Positions 13,245-27,040 of a stretch of DNA of 64,000 nucleotides are shown piece after piece. The notes beneath the pieces were generated by a model. It did not search any database and had not been told where the DNA came from. It saw only the letters and a program-made list of their open reading frames with translations. The stretch comes from Octopus vulgaris (lineage: Eukaryota), in assembly GCA_951406725.2 (NCBI GenBank), contig OX597823.1:66154001-66218000 (forward strand), written 5' to 3'. Position 1 is the first letter of the stretch. Each line of letters begins with the position of its first letter. The translations under genes and the position numbers were made by a program.

Positions 13245-13830
13245 CATTTCACGTAAGTTTAATAAGTAGGTACTTATTGAAGTGTTTACATGAAAATACA
13301 TCCTCATTTCTTATGTTGATAATGTTTCTCTTCCTTTCATTATCTCCTTCTAAGCATAATCTACAGCATTTATTATCAATTTTGTAACTTGGTGTGTGTG
13401 CTAAAATCTTCCATTTAATTGTGTAGTTAACTTTATTTCTTTTAAATTGCCATATTTTTCTTGATAACCCTGTACTATTCATTTTATTTTGGTCCCTGAA
13501 TGTCCATTCATGATTCGCTATTCTACATGTAACACAGTTCTCCGTTGACCCTGTATAGAAACATTCACTCATATCCTGTGTAGTTATTGTCTAACTTGCA
13601 TCTTTCAGGGTCTCAACAATTACAGCTTTTATTTTGCGTAGGTGTCCTTACAGTTATCCATAGTTCCCTTCCAATTTTCTTCTACTATTTTGTTATGAGT
13701 CTTTCTAGCCATTTGTGTTTAATATTTCCCTAGAATTTATCAAGTTTTCTGTTATTTATCGATGATATTATCCTAAATAAGTTTGGGAAAACAGACAATC
13801 CAAATCTTATATATTTCCCATTAACTATTT
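13245..13830 (-). mobile_element. Penelope-like GIY-YIG endonuclease fragment (Naiad-like)
   Basis: CNC..C upstream, then FYTGSTE..RIANH..TGLSRKIW..IKWKI..CRLCLE..INIRNE..CKH. Confidence 0.85.
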
Positions 13831-15023
13831 TTTCATATGTGTGTGTGTGCCTGTTTATTTGTGTCCCGGGAGAGTCATACTGCCTTAATGCAAAATTGAA
13901 GTATATATATATATATATATACATACATACATACATACATACATACATGCATTCATACATACATACATGCATGCATTCATACATACGTACATAAATAGAT
14001 AGTATACGAATGTGTGTGTGTGTGTGTGTGTGTGTTCTAGGCGTATAGATATATATATACTGATTTTTTAATCTTTCCGTCTGATAAGATTTGGTATAAA
14101 AATGTCAAGAATAAGAGCCAAAATTGTAATTAAATTCCATCTATCTATACATATAAACACACGCGGACGCGTGCTCGGAGCGCACATACGCTCATATCCA
14201 CACCCTTAGATGACCAATACACAGCCCAATAGTATTTGATTCTTCTCTTATCTCTTAAATAATGTGACTGACCATACAAATCTTTTGTTCTTGTCGCCTC
14301 CCTTTCACCAAGGTATACGTCAGTATGTATACGTATCTAAACCACATACATAATTGTGCGTGTCTATACTATATACACGTTATTGTTATCTCTATATCTT
14401 CTTTGTGTATGTATGACTGTGTGTCTGCCTGCATTTGAACGGGCTCATGTACATGTGTGTATGCGTGTGTGCGCGTGTCCATACATCTCTGCTGTTTCTG
14501 TGTGACTCCATGTCTGCGTGAGTTTTCTTTTCTTTTCTTTTTCATTCTAGTGTAAGCGCGTGCGTATATTTGCATACATTTTCTACTTTTGGAGAGAATA
14601 TTCTGTAGGCATCAACATTGACTTTCTCACTTGTAACGCCTGTATGTTCCGAAAATGTAATTGTCCCCAAATAAAGATCACTTCATATTCTAAGCTCCGA
14701 TGAAGCTATACGATGTTATCCGAGTACTCAACTAAGAGTCCACCGCATTTTATAGCAGAAACTTCATGAGGTTCATGACATAATCTTTGTTTCTTCCAAT
14801 ATCATCATTCTGTTCTTCGGAGCTATATATATATATATATATATATTTGAAATTTATAGAAAAACAAAAGATGAAGACAGGTTTATGAATGACAAGGAAG
14901 TGTTTTACTTTGACGATCGGGAAAATGAAAAAGTCATTTACATTCCGAGCCTACGCACGTCAACAGAAAGAAATATAAGAAAGTAAACACAAAGAGAATA
15001 AAAAAAAATTGTAGTTTGCAGCA

Positions 15024-15110
<87 letters not shown>

Positions 15111-15177
15111 CTCAATTTTCCTTCCTGAACCATAGCCAGCACGGACTTTTTATCTATACATATTCTCCCCAATCAGG

Positions 15178-16100
15178 ACCTTAATATTTTGCTGCTTGTC
15201 CTGCGTATCTGTCCCTTTTGTGCATCAGGTATTTGGTCAATATTTCTTTATCCTGGATTGCAAGCGCATACTTTCCAAAGTGGGAGTTAGCAATCTGGTC
15301 ACTGGTCCATGACAGATTCGTTTGGTGATCAATATTACTATCACCACGGAGTTTTCTACTAACATATCCATGCATAGTCTTCTGCTGATATACGCTCCTA
15401 CATTCATCTGATGATACATTGCAGTAAGATTGTGCGACTACTTTCAGCATGTGTTTAAGGTCATCAGACAAGGAATGCTGCTCAAGAGCTGCTTTCCAAG
15501 TCTTATGATGTTACCATCCTCATGTATGCAAACTTGTTTAAGTGATGTACTTCGACACTTAATGGTTAAAAGATGTTGCCGAAGAGATATGATACGACAT
15601 TCAAAAGCAGTCTGGATTGATGCTAAGCCTCTGCCCCCGTTTTCGTTTTACCTACAGGCGGCCTGCGTCATTGTTGATGTGAAAATTATATGTGCTCGTT
15701 ATATCAATAGCTCGGATCTCATCAAACGGCCAATCAACTAGACTAGATTATCTTTATTTTCTTTATTCGACTGTAATATTCTTTAGTGACATGTATCTTG
15801 TTACTGGTGGCATCGTAGGATGCCACCTGTAACATTCGCCCCAAGGCACCTGCAACATTCTTCGTTCAATACAAGAGAAACAGTTAAGTCATTGATGGAG
15901 ATCTTGTTGGTCTGCTTTATGGTTTTCCTCTTTTCAAAATCATTTACCCAAATTCATCCTGATCAAACATCAACCCTATATCATTTGAAAACATTATAAC
16001 CAAGACAAGGCTCTTTTTCGAGTCATTCATATTCTTTGCATATTGTTTCAAGTCATACAGTATTCATCCACAATGAGTAGGTTTTGTATTTCTGATTATT
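15178..16100 (-). mobile_element. Decayed R4/Dong-type LINE fragment
   Basis: KTMHGY..ALAIQDKEILTKY parallels KPLYGKY..IIAAQDQGLPTRNY of the 52-kb element. Confidence 0.7.
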
Positions 16101-16883
16101 TGTGAATCAGCGAGATATCCTTCAGACATCCTATATATGTGTCTATGTATGTATGTATAATGCATGCATGCGTGTATATATGTTTGTATGTATGTATGTA
16201 TGTATGTATGTATGTATGTATGCATGTATGATGAACTTTTGAATCGGTTTTGCGGTGGGAAATAATTTTGGCGTGCAATTAAACTAGACCAAACGATTAT
16301 TTATTATAATTCACTCAACTGACCATAATATTAGTTGAATAAAATTTTAACTTAGCCATAAAAGCCTGCATATGCGTGTCTATGCGTGTGTTTGTGTGTG
16401 TGTATTTGTGTGTTTGTGTGTATGATTGTGTGTGTATGTATGCGTTTGTGTATGTGCGTGTGTGCCCGTGTCTGTGTGTGTGTGTGCGTGTGTGTGTGTG
16501 TGTGTGCGTGTGTGTGTGTGTGTCTGTGTGTGTGTGCGCATATGTGTGAACGAAACTGATATTGCTGACTTGCGAGCCAATGAATGTTTGCTGAATTTTT
16601 GATCAACGGTTCATTTGCTTAGTCATTATATTTTAGTTTATGATACATTTCAGTTAACTCGAAGCTTTGGACTGATTCTGACTATAGATTAGTTGATCAA
16701 CATTTCCTGCGGGAGATATATCAATGAGTACTAGCTTAAAGTTTTTAGCTTAATAGTCTATGGAAATTAGATGAACATGCAATTGCAACAAATTTCATCA
16801 ATTGATTGTTTAATGAATCTCGATCAACAGAATGTTTGATGAAATTCATTTAAATTGACCGTGTGATTTAATTCCAACCGTTG

Positions 16884-17010
16884 TCGTTTTGGTGAAAATC
16901 AGTCCTCCTATGTTTTAACATACTACTTGCCTATAGATTTCATTCCATCGTTTTGGTGAAAATCAGTCCTCCTATCTTTTAACATACTACTTGCCTATAG
17001 ATTTCATTCC
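16884..17010. repeat. 64-bp tandem duplication (2 copies)
   Basis: tcgttttggtgaaaatcagtcctcctat..gatttcattcc at 16884 and 16948. Confidence 0.95.
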
Positions 17011-17313
17011 GTAGATCTAGCCTCGAAATATTGCCTATAAATTCATCCTACATGTTGCGCACATTTTAGGGAGCACAAATTCGTTCAGTTTATATTTTGG
17101 AGGAAATTCAATTAAATAACCGTTTGAAAAACCTAATTATTTGTCCATTTTGATATACTTCTATCAACTAACCGTCCTCTTTAACATATCCTATATGTGT
17201 GCCTAGTTTAACCCTGAAATTATAGCCCTATATTTTAATCTATAGCATAGCTTTTCGATTAAGTGCAAGTTATCGTTCATAGTTTTAACCTATAAATAGC
17301 CTACATATTATAT

Positions 17314-17544
17314 GTTTCTTTTTTTACCCACAAGGGGCTAAACATAGAGGGGACAAACAAGGACAGATAAACGGATTAAGACGATTACATCGAGCCTAAT
17401 ACTTAACTGGTACTTAATTTATCGACCCCGAAACGATGAAAGGCAAAGTTGACCTCGGCGGAATTTGAACTTAGAACGTAACGGCAGACGAAATACAGCT
17501 ACACATTTCGCCCGGCGTGCTAACGGTTCTGCCAGCTCGCCGCC
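17314..17544 (-). mobile_element. tRNA-derived SINE family 1, full length
   Basis: Head ggcggcgagctggcagaa, B-box-like gttcaaattcc, core ggggtcgataaattaagtacc, tail ccccttgtgggtaa. Confidence 0.9.
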
Positions 17545-18529
17545 TTATTGGTGCCTACATATTATAGTCTATAGTTTAGCCTGTGATTTAATAGCCTACG
17601 GTTTTAGCCTCGAACAGTTAGGGGGAAATAGGTCAATCGTCTGCTTCAGAAAAATAAGTCAAATTACTGCTGAAGGAAAATCGACGAGCATTTTGCTTGC
17701 GGAAATTTAATCAATCGTCCGCTTGCTACAATTCGAACATGTCCCCGATTGAGGATATTCAATCATTTGACAATTTAATAACATTTTATTAATACTCTGT
17801 TTGAGGAAATTCTATGAAATGTCCGCTTGAATAAGTTTTATACTTTGTCCGTTTTGGGAAATTAACTAGGACACAAAAGCAAAACAGACATTATGGTATC
17901 TCACACGGAATAAAGAAGGGAAATTAGGCGTAAAGTGACGAAATGACAGGAGTGTTGAATCATTGTGTATAAGATATAATCATTTTGATGAGCATAGTAA
18001 CACCCACTATATAAACTGGTGGGCCATGCAGTTGTAGATTTTCGTTAATGTGTTTAAAATTTGTCAGTGTAATCGTTTCCATTATTGCTGAGGTTACCTG
18101 AAACTGTAGAAGAGCTGAAAGAATGGCAGGTATATAGTTACATCTGTTTACTTTCAGATTTCCAACTCTATCAATGTCACATTTGAATACTAACCATCTC
18201 GGCTCGGAGAGGTAATTACTGACAGAATCGTGTGTCAATATTAATTGTGTAAGCCATCTCCAAGACGTTCCTTCATCAATATATGCGTATGTTCAAAATG
18301 TGTATATGATAATTTTAAGACAGTATTAATGTAATGGCATTTATTTACTAAAAACGAACTAATTTGTGATCCCCAAAAGATTTCGTTACTATTTCTAGCT
18401 AACCAAAATTACCATGGTTGACAATGATACTATGCGTATGTTTTTTATTTCTTTACCGTCACCATCCTATGATTTGTATTTCAAGCAATACTTAATTATA
18501 TGTTTCTATAGGTGTATATATACTTGTAT

Positions 18530-18607
<78 letters not shown>

Positions 18608-19129
18608 GTAGATGTATATGTATATATACATATTTGTGTGTGTGTGTGCGTTAGCTACATATTTCGCTTCACCTAGACGAATTCATCTGTAACATGAAAT
18701 GCTTTGATCCCTATACTGATAATATTAATGAGGATATTTTGATTTCAAAACTGCAATGGGATCACGACAGAATTAACGTCCATAGAAATAACGCTGATCG
18801 TACGTTATTGATTTTAGTTATGATAAGGATAATATTCCTGCTTCCGAGCTTAATACCAGACCCTACATAGTTCTGTATCATTACAGATATTGCTACTTCC
18901 TAATATTCACTACTTCACTAACTACAAAGAAGAGGAGAATGGTTATTATCGAATCTATCACAATGACAACTAACAGATCACTAATGAGAAAATCCATTCG
19001 AATAGAAAAACATGATGATTACCTTATAATATATTGACAGAATTATATAATACATATATTCGTATGTATCATATTATATATATTATACACGCACGTTATA
19101 TTGTTTTTTTATATACCCAGGCCTATTCT

Positions 19130-20020
19130 CCATTATTTGGGAGCGGGTAGCCGCAAAAAATTACACACACCAGGCATTCCATTCATTTCCCGGCTCAAGA
19201 GGCGAGCCCGTTCTATGCTCGGGTGAAGGCATAGAACGCAACCCCAAATATCAGCAGTGGGGCCCGACAGCATATGCTGGTTTATCTCCGCCACTTCATA
19301 CTGGTTCCGTACCACTTGGAGCAACATTTGATTCATTCATCCGTCCACAAATACTCTCCAAGCTTTCGTATCATTTATAATCTCTTTTGCCTCTCTCACT
19401 CCTACAACTCTAACCGCCAAAGATTTTGCCACTCTATCCATCCACATAAACGAGGTCTGGTTCTGCTGCCTATCATTTCTGCCTTCATAACACTTCTTAC
19501 CATCCGTTCCTCAACCATCTTCTCCATGTGGACAAACCATCTCAACATTCGTCTATCCATTTTGTTTGTTACTTTTTCTCTCATTTTTGCTCGCCTTCGC
19601 ACCTCTTCATTCTTTATTCTGCCATCTGTATCACACCAAACATAGTCCTCATACATCTCATCTCAAACACATCTAGTCGCCTCCTTTTCGCCTGTCTCAG
19701 CCCCCACGTCTCTGCACCATATAACATTGTCGGCACAATCACGCCCTCACACACAACATTTTTGCGTTCATACTCAACTTTTTATCACTCAGCATACCTT
19801 TTAGATCTCCAAGTATATTAAACCCCTCCCGCACTCTATATCCCACTTCCTAAGCCAACACTCCATCCACCGTCACCTCCTCTAACATCTCATCACTTTA
19901 CACTAAGCTACATTCACTTTCAGTTTCCTTCTCTCACACACTCTTCCAAACTCTACCACCAGTCTCCCCGGTCACACTTCGGAATCCGCTACCAGTGCTG
20001 TATCATCAGCAAACAACTGG
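19130..20020 (-). mobile_element. RTE-clade LINE, 3' fragment
   Basis: QLFADDTALVA, IVPTMLYGAETW, RIKNEEVRRR..MLRWFVHMEKM. Confidence 0.88.
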
Positions 20021-21015
20021 CTCACCTGCCATTTCTCACCATTTTCTCCCACCATATGGGCTCCCCTACCAAAGGTTCTCTCACCACACCATCATATATA
20101 TATATATATATATACATACAAGCATACACACGCATATATATTGTATGTACATGTATATATGGGTGTGAATATATATGTGCGTGGGTTGGCCGTACATACG
20201 TATATATATATACATATATATATATATGGTGGGGATGTTTCCATTTAGAAAAATTTTGAATCACATACTGCTGTATGACTCTGACATATGGCTGTAAAGG
20301 CTAGGCTCGACTTGGATATGTAGTGATAAAATTCATCAAGATATTTGCATTGTTCTATATTTAAATATCCTGGGAACAACCTAATCTACATTTAAAGGTG
20401 TTTACCAAAGTTTCATGTGTTCTAACACAGTGTTGACTACAGGAACACAGATAGTATTATCTTTTACCATTATTTACAGTAGTGCACATTATTAAATTTG
20501 TTGTATGGAACGTTCGATGTACGATAGAACGGGATGATAATAATGTTCTCGCAAATCTTTCTACTCAAGATACTGGTAATAAACCTCGACAATACGCAAC
20601 ACACGGCTTTACACATGCTCAAATGACTCTCTTACACTGTCCGCGTATGTCCATTTATATTGTGGCACAATCCATTAGGAGCCAACCAATAGGGAAGTTC
20701 TACTTCCACTTGACAAAGTCCTTGTAAAAAAACAAACAAAAAAAAACAAACACGACAACTGTGTTTACGATAGAATCAATTTACAATCATTAGTTTGGAC
20801 CATTAAGACCCCAGAAACAGCTGTTGGACTCGTACAACGCTTATTCAAACCCTTTAATTCTTCATATCGTTTCTATTCGTTTTTGTACACTTTTTGTATT
20901 AAATGTATTCTATATTTTTTGTATATCGTCTTTCCTTACATTTACTCCTCTACCTGCTCAAGTTTAAACGTCTTGAGCACTACGAAATGTATTCTGTACC
21001 GAAAATATTCTTTCA

Positions 21016-21074
<59 letters not shown>

Positions 21075-21085
21075 ATATATACATA

Positions 21086-21447
21086 GGCGCAAGAGTGGCT
21101 GTGTGGTAAGTAGATTGCTTACCAATCACATGGTTCCGGGTTCAGTCCCAAATTGGGCAAGTGTCTTCTACTATAGCTTCGGGCCGACCAAAGCCTTGTG
21201 AGTGGATTTGGTAGACGGAAACTGAAAGAAGCCCGTCGTATATATGTATACATATATACGTATGTGTATGTATATGTTTGTGTGCTTGAAAACCGTCCCC
21301 GTCACTTAGCGGTTCGGTAAAAGGAGCCCGATAGAGTAAGTACTAGGCTTACAATGACTAAGTCTTGGGGTCGATTTGCTCGACTAAAGGCGGTGCTCCA
21401 GCATGGCCGCAGTCAAATGACTGAAACAAGTAAAATAGTAAAATAGT
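21086..21447 (+). mobile_element. tRNA-derived SINE family 2
   Basis: tggctgtgtggtaag A-box, gggttcagtccc B-box, core ttgggcaagtgtcttctac, tail ggcggtgctccagcatggccgcagtcaaatgactgaaac. Confidence 0.9.
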
Positions 21448-22206
21448 AGTATACTTATATATATTACATAGATCACAAAAAAATACAAAATATTATGAAG
21501 ACACTACATAATTAGTTGACTCGAGAGTTTGGCGACGAATCTCAGTGTTACGTTATAATTATAAATGTCATAATTTGCAAATGGAATATGAAATAGTTTT
21601 AGGTATACAACCAGTAAGCAGTAACACAGAGATGTTACAGTAAGTCCGGCTTAAATAGCGGTGCCAATGATTTAAACGGTTGGATGGTGAGAGGAGGTAG
21701 AACACGAAAGGCAGCAGCCAGACGAGGATATCAATGATATAGGAAGAGAGAGAGAGAGAGAGTAGTAGAATAGAAGAAATAGAAAGATGAGGAAGAGGGT
21801 AAAGTTAAAGTCTGTGAGGTGAAAACAAACATCAGTGTTAGTCAAGACAATCTATCAATGCAGCAAATGAATCAGTCAGGGATGGCAGCTGAAAAGACGG
21901 TGAGACGGGAAGAAATAAAGATTGAAAGAAACGAATCAGGATGGAGGTAGCGTTGGGATAAATTATGAGGAAATAAAGAGAATTTAGGAGCATAATTAAA
22001 TCTCAGAATGAGATTGAAACAGTAATCGCTCGATAATGTAAAGTATAGAAGCCATCTTATCATGGCTAACCACATTGGGGAGGGGGTGTTACTGTAGCTT
22101 TATAGCCCCACGAGATCTTCGTCTCTAGCTGGCTTTAGACACAATATCAGTGTCCTTTGAGTATTTGCAAAGGGAGGCCATCCCTTCCTCTCAAGCCTGA
22201 GTGATA

Positions 22207-22249
22207 CACTCGAACTAGTTTCGGGATTGTTGTCCCTCGTCAACGGGCG
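22207..22249 (-). ncRNA. Minimal type I hammerhead (UUGACGA core)
   Basis: cgcccg-TTGACGA-ggga(caacaa)tccc-GAAA-ctag-TT-cgagtg; palindromic AACTAGTT stem III. Confidence 0.72.
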
Positions 22250-22457
22250 GTAACCACCAGATCGCGATGAAAGTGAAGGCTGTCATGATAAGATGGCTTC
22301 TATACTTTACATTATCGAGCGATTACTGTTTCAATCTCATTCTGAGATTTAATCATGCTTACTGTTCGTTTTTCTACATCAGTGGCAGGCGTCACTAGAA
22401 AAACTTATATATATATTTGCAAAGCAGCCTTCACTTTCATCGCGACCTGGTGGTTAC

Positions 22458-22500
22458 CGCCCGTTGACGAGAGACAACAATCCCGAAACTAGTTCGAGCG
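22458..22500 (+). ncRNA. Minimal type I hammerhead (UUGACGA core)
   Basis: cgcccg-TTGACGA-gaga..tccc-GAAACTAGTT-cgagcg. Confidence 0.68.
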
Positions 22501-22778
22501 TATCACTCAGGCTTGCGAGGAAGGGATGGCCTCCCTTTGCAAATACTCCAAGGACACTGATATTGCGTCTAAAGCCAGCTAGAGACGAAGATCTCTTGGG
22601 GCTATAAAGCTACAGTAACATCCCCTCCCCAATGTGGTTAGCCATGATAAGATGGCTTCTATACTTTACATTAAAGAGAATTTAGTATAAGGAGAAAGGA
22701 GAAAGAAAATGACACTAGAGAATAGTATATATATACAGATACGCATATGTACAGTTAGATAAAACAAAGGGAACAACT

Positions 22779-22900
<122 letters not shown>

Positions 22901-23169
22901 ATAGGGGAAACAAGTGTGTATTTTGCGAATGTTTATATTTTAAATCATCGCATGAATGAATTGATCTAAAATAAAAGGCTAACGTTCCGAAAGACTTCGC
23001 GTCGTTAGACAATATGTCAATAGTTCTATCATTTCAAACACAAGTCGAATAAAAGTTAACTTTCATAAAAGATAGATTCGGACTTGAAAAGGTTTGGGGA
23101 TTCTCCAGCATGACAGCAGTCTAATGACTAAAACAAATAGAAGATAGAATATAATACACACACACACGC

Positions 23170-23255
<86 letters not shown>

Positions 23256-23274
23256 GAGGTAACAAACGAGTAAA

Positions 23275-23345
23275 TACATATTTCTGAAAAAGGAGAACGA
23301 AAATGCTACTTTCTTAAAATTGGGTACATTTTAATTTTCCTTTAA

Positions 23346-23394
<49 letters not shown>

Positions 23395-23935
23395 CTGAGA
23401 GAATATTTCAGGTATAGAATACACTTCGTATTGCTCAAGACATTTAAACTTGAGCAGGGAGATAAGTTAATGTAAGGAAAGCAAGTTAGACAAGACGATA
23501 AAAAAAAGTATAAAATACATTAAAAGATGAATGCTTTGGCTTTGTTTTACATGTTTCGGTTTCTGAAAAAAACAAATCAAAAATATGTACTAAAATGGCA
23601 TATGTAGAGAGAAAAAGGAGCTTTTAATAAAATAAAATTTAAATTTAAATTAACACTCATAGTTTACTTTCCTTTCTTCCGCAAGTGTACGTATTAATTT
23701 CCGTTAATTTTCGTGGCATTACAAGTTGAACTGTCTGTGACCGCAAATTACTACTATGTGTTTATTTTGGTAAATTAAATAGTGTGAACAAGACTTGATT
23801 TTTATAGGTGTGGCTGTAGCAGTCAAATAACTAGCAGCAGTGATAATAATAGTTGACGTTGTAGAGAAGTTGTTCCCCCTGGGGTTTTAATAGAAATCGG
23901 GTTCTTCTATCCCTTGTCTTTGTTTCTTATGAATA
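23275..23935 (-). repeat. Penelope pseudo-LTR (3' copy)
   Basis: Inverted match to 25610-26097. Confidence 0.8.
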
Positions 23936-24120
23936 ACTTGCATATCCATATATTCATATATATATATATATCACCCGGATATATCTCCGCAAACAATAAC
24001 GCTCTGCTCGAATGGGCCTTGGTGCCCAAATCCTGAATTGAAAGACTTCGCCAGGTGGTGCTATTAAGTTAGACATGGCCTGGGCCAATACTGGCCAAAA
24101 CCTTTCTAAGTTATTCTAAG

Positions 24121-24201
<81 letters not shown>

Positions 24202-24288
24202 TATACACAGATATATATACACATACGCATATGAAGATACATACACACACTCATATATATATATGCATAAACACACATACACACACAC

Positions 24289-24331
<43 letters not shown>

Positions 24332-24369
24332 TATACATAAACACACACATATATACACACATACATACA

Positions 24370-25520
24370 TATAAAATGTCTCAGTATTGCGAGTTTAATG
24401 AATTTAGCCTCGGTCTATATCTCCATATGAAATGCATCGATGTGCTGGCTGAGAGGTATTTTCCTGTATTCCGGAATCATAATTTGAGATTTGTGCACCG
24501 ACGTCCTCTGGCGTAGGCTGTTTTTTTTGTGTGTCCAATACATTGCCGTTTTGCATCCCGAGCATGTAATTAAGTAAGTCAAATTCTCCGATGCACATGT
24601 AAAATTAGTTTTTTATGGTGAAATTATGGCCTTGCTCTAATCGGTATTCTGATACTTCTAGTATGTTGGTACAGAATAAGTTAGGGTCTCCCGCACTTTT
24701 TTCATTGTCGACTGTGTAGTTACTGCTGAGTATAATTTGGCCTGGGATAAAATCTTTTTCACTGATTTTGGCTTCTCTTACTTTTGATGATTGTGTGTGT
24801 TTTGAGGGTTTGATTCATCTTTGGGTCTCTCTTGGGTAGAGCTCTGCTGTGTAGCATAGTTTTGAAGGCCTCATTGTTATGTGGCTTGTGTGTGGAAATG
24901 TAAGATAGGGTTTTCAATTTTTCTTCCTTCTTTGGTCTTCGTAGTCTAAGTTCTTGAGTATTTACTGTACGTACTCATTGGATCGTATTGTCGATCAAGG
25001 GTTGTGTGTATTTCTTATTGATGAGTGTTGTTTTCAATTCCTCGCGTCGAGTCTAACGGGTGTTTGCGTCTGATACTATTGTGCATATTGTTTTGGCTAA
25101 ACAAAATGGGATGTTCATCCTGGTGCGTCCCGGGTGGCAAGAATCAAATGGCAGGTACTGTTTCGAGTCCATGGTTTGTAAAAGATATCTGTCTCTATTT
25201 CGTTCCCGACTTTTTTAAGGATATCTAAAATCGGTAGTTGTTCCTGGTTGTACTCTATCGTAAATTGGAAGTTTTTATTTATTCCATTTAGAAGTGTTTG
25301 GAATTCGTTACGTTTTTCTATACTTTCATTCCAAAGGATGAAGCAGTCATCGAGATATCTTTTCCAGTTGACTTGAATGTAGGTTGAAAAGGAGTTTCCA
25401 TATTTCTCGAGTGTTTTCTGGTATTGTTTAATTTTGAGATAGCCCATTACCAGTTTCGCAAAATAAGGTGCAGCCTGTGTTTCCATTGCTGTCCCTGATA
25501 TTTTGTCGGAAGTAGTCATT
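24370..25520 (-). mobile_element. 5'-truncated Penelope-like retroelement (RT C-terminal part plus GIY-YIG)
   Basis: SGTAMETQAAPYFAKLVMGYL, WKRYLDDCFILW, FTIEY..LPILDI, TDIFYKP; decayed endonuclease downstream. Confidence 0.9.
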
Positions 25521-25609
25521 GTTAAATATAAAATAATTGTTTTCTAGGATAAACCTTAGTCCTTCTAGTATGAGGTATTTTTTTTAATGCGAGTGGGTGT
25601 TCATAGGTG

Positions 25610-26097
25610 TATAAATAAAGACAAGGGTTATAGGGGTAGAAGAACCCGATTTCTATTAAAATCCCAGGGGGAACAAGTTCACCACGACAACTACTATTAT
25701 TATCCCCGCTGCTAGTTATTCGACTGCTACAGCCACTCCCATAGAAAACAAGTCTTGACCACACTATTTAATTTACCAAAACAAACAGATAGTAGTAATT
25801 TGCGGTCACAGACAGTTCAACGTGTCAAGCCACGAAAATTAACGGAAATTAATACGTGCACTTGCAGGAAAATGCAAAGTAAGCTATGAATGTTAATTGT
25901 AATTTAACTGTATTAAAAGCTCCTTTTTCTCTCTACATATTCCATTTTAGTACAAATTTTTTGATTAGGTTTTTCAAAAACCGAAACATGTAAAACAAAG
26001 CGAAAGCATTCTACTTTTAATGTATTTATTTGAAAGAAAATTAAAATGTACCCAATTTTAAGAAAGTATCAGTTTCGTTCACCTTTTTCATGAATAT
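25610..26097 (+). repeat. Inverted Penelope pseudo-LTR with relic hammerhead
   Basis: TTGATTA-ggttt(ttcaa)aaacc-GAAACATGTA at ~25961-25992; inverted match to 23275-23935. Confidence 0.78.
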
Positions 26098-26691
26098 GTA
26101 TGTATGTATCTATGTTTGTATGTACGTATGTATGTATGTATGTTTATATGTATGTATGCATACTTTTGCTATACCGGATTAAATCATGATTCAAATAAAA
26201 GAGAGCTGTTTATTCATTTAAATGAAGCAGAGCCTACGACTTCTATTTTGTGCGAGCCAGCAATGAAGCTTCAACGGCATCATGTCATCAACTGAAAATA
26301 GCCTAAACTCGCCCCAAAGTCCAAATCTTACGCCTTTTTTTAGAACGGTGAATAATGTAGTACTCGTTGGACTTTGCTTCAATAAAGGATTGGATGGTCA
26401 CAGATGAGAGTCATTTCTCGTAGACCCACGAAACAGTGCTGATTTGTCTGCAAAGAGACATATATTATGTACTTCTCAGGGGATTGAAACCGGTTGCTAA
26501 GAAAGTGACAAGAATTTTTGAGTTAAGAGAGTTGCTGGTGTTTGTAAAAATATGGTTTGGTTGGTGTGTCGGTTGAGGAATCGATGAACACATGCAAGTG
26601 CATACATGTATGCAAGGTGCAAGTATGTATGCATGTATGCAAGTTTGTATTACGTGTATATATATGTGTGTGTATATATGCTGATATAAAT

Positions 26692-26724
<33 letters not shown>

Positions 26725-26746
26725 GTGTGTATACGTCTAAAATGTA

Positions 26747-26796
<50 letters not shown>

Positions 26797-26992
26797 TAAC
26801 AAATATACGTGTGTGCGTGTATCCATTACATTATCAGCCAATCAGAGCGTCCAGCTAACTTACTTTCCGCAATTTATGCTGCATTTCGCCTTTTCGCTCA
26901 CTCTATACATCCCAGAATACTGTTCATCAACCATGTTTCAGAATTTACTCAATGAAACAAATATTTCACCACCAATAAATGTTCTTTGCTTA

Positions 26993-27040
<48 letters not shown>

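Larger units (their letters stand above)
21988..22671 (+). mobile_element. Non-autonomous hammerhead repeat insertion (family B): inverted partial copy plus ~1.1 monomers of 359 bp
   Basis: catgataagatgg recurs at 22284 and 22643; inverted copy 21989-22282; 14-bp TSD TAAAGAGAATTTAG at 21974-21987 and 22672-22685. Confidence 0.9.

Noticed and set aside
13595-13635. In-frame TGA after CNC as selenocysteine
   Set aside because: Falls at the Arg position of CNCR (CGA to TGA decay) in a heavily decayed copy; no SECIS seen
14690-14780. CCGATGA..GAAAC hammerhead-like motif
   Set aside because: Stems II and III are plausible but stem I does not pair
18085-18130. LRLPETVEELKEW, resembling a transporter C-terminus
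   Set aside because: In-frame stop just upstream, no good acceptor, too short
20790-20832. GAAACAGCTGTT hammerhead half
   Set aside because: No CUGANGA-like 5' core nearby
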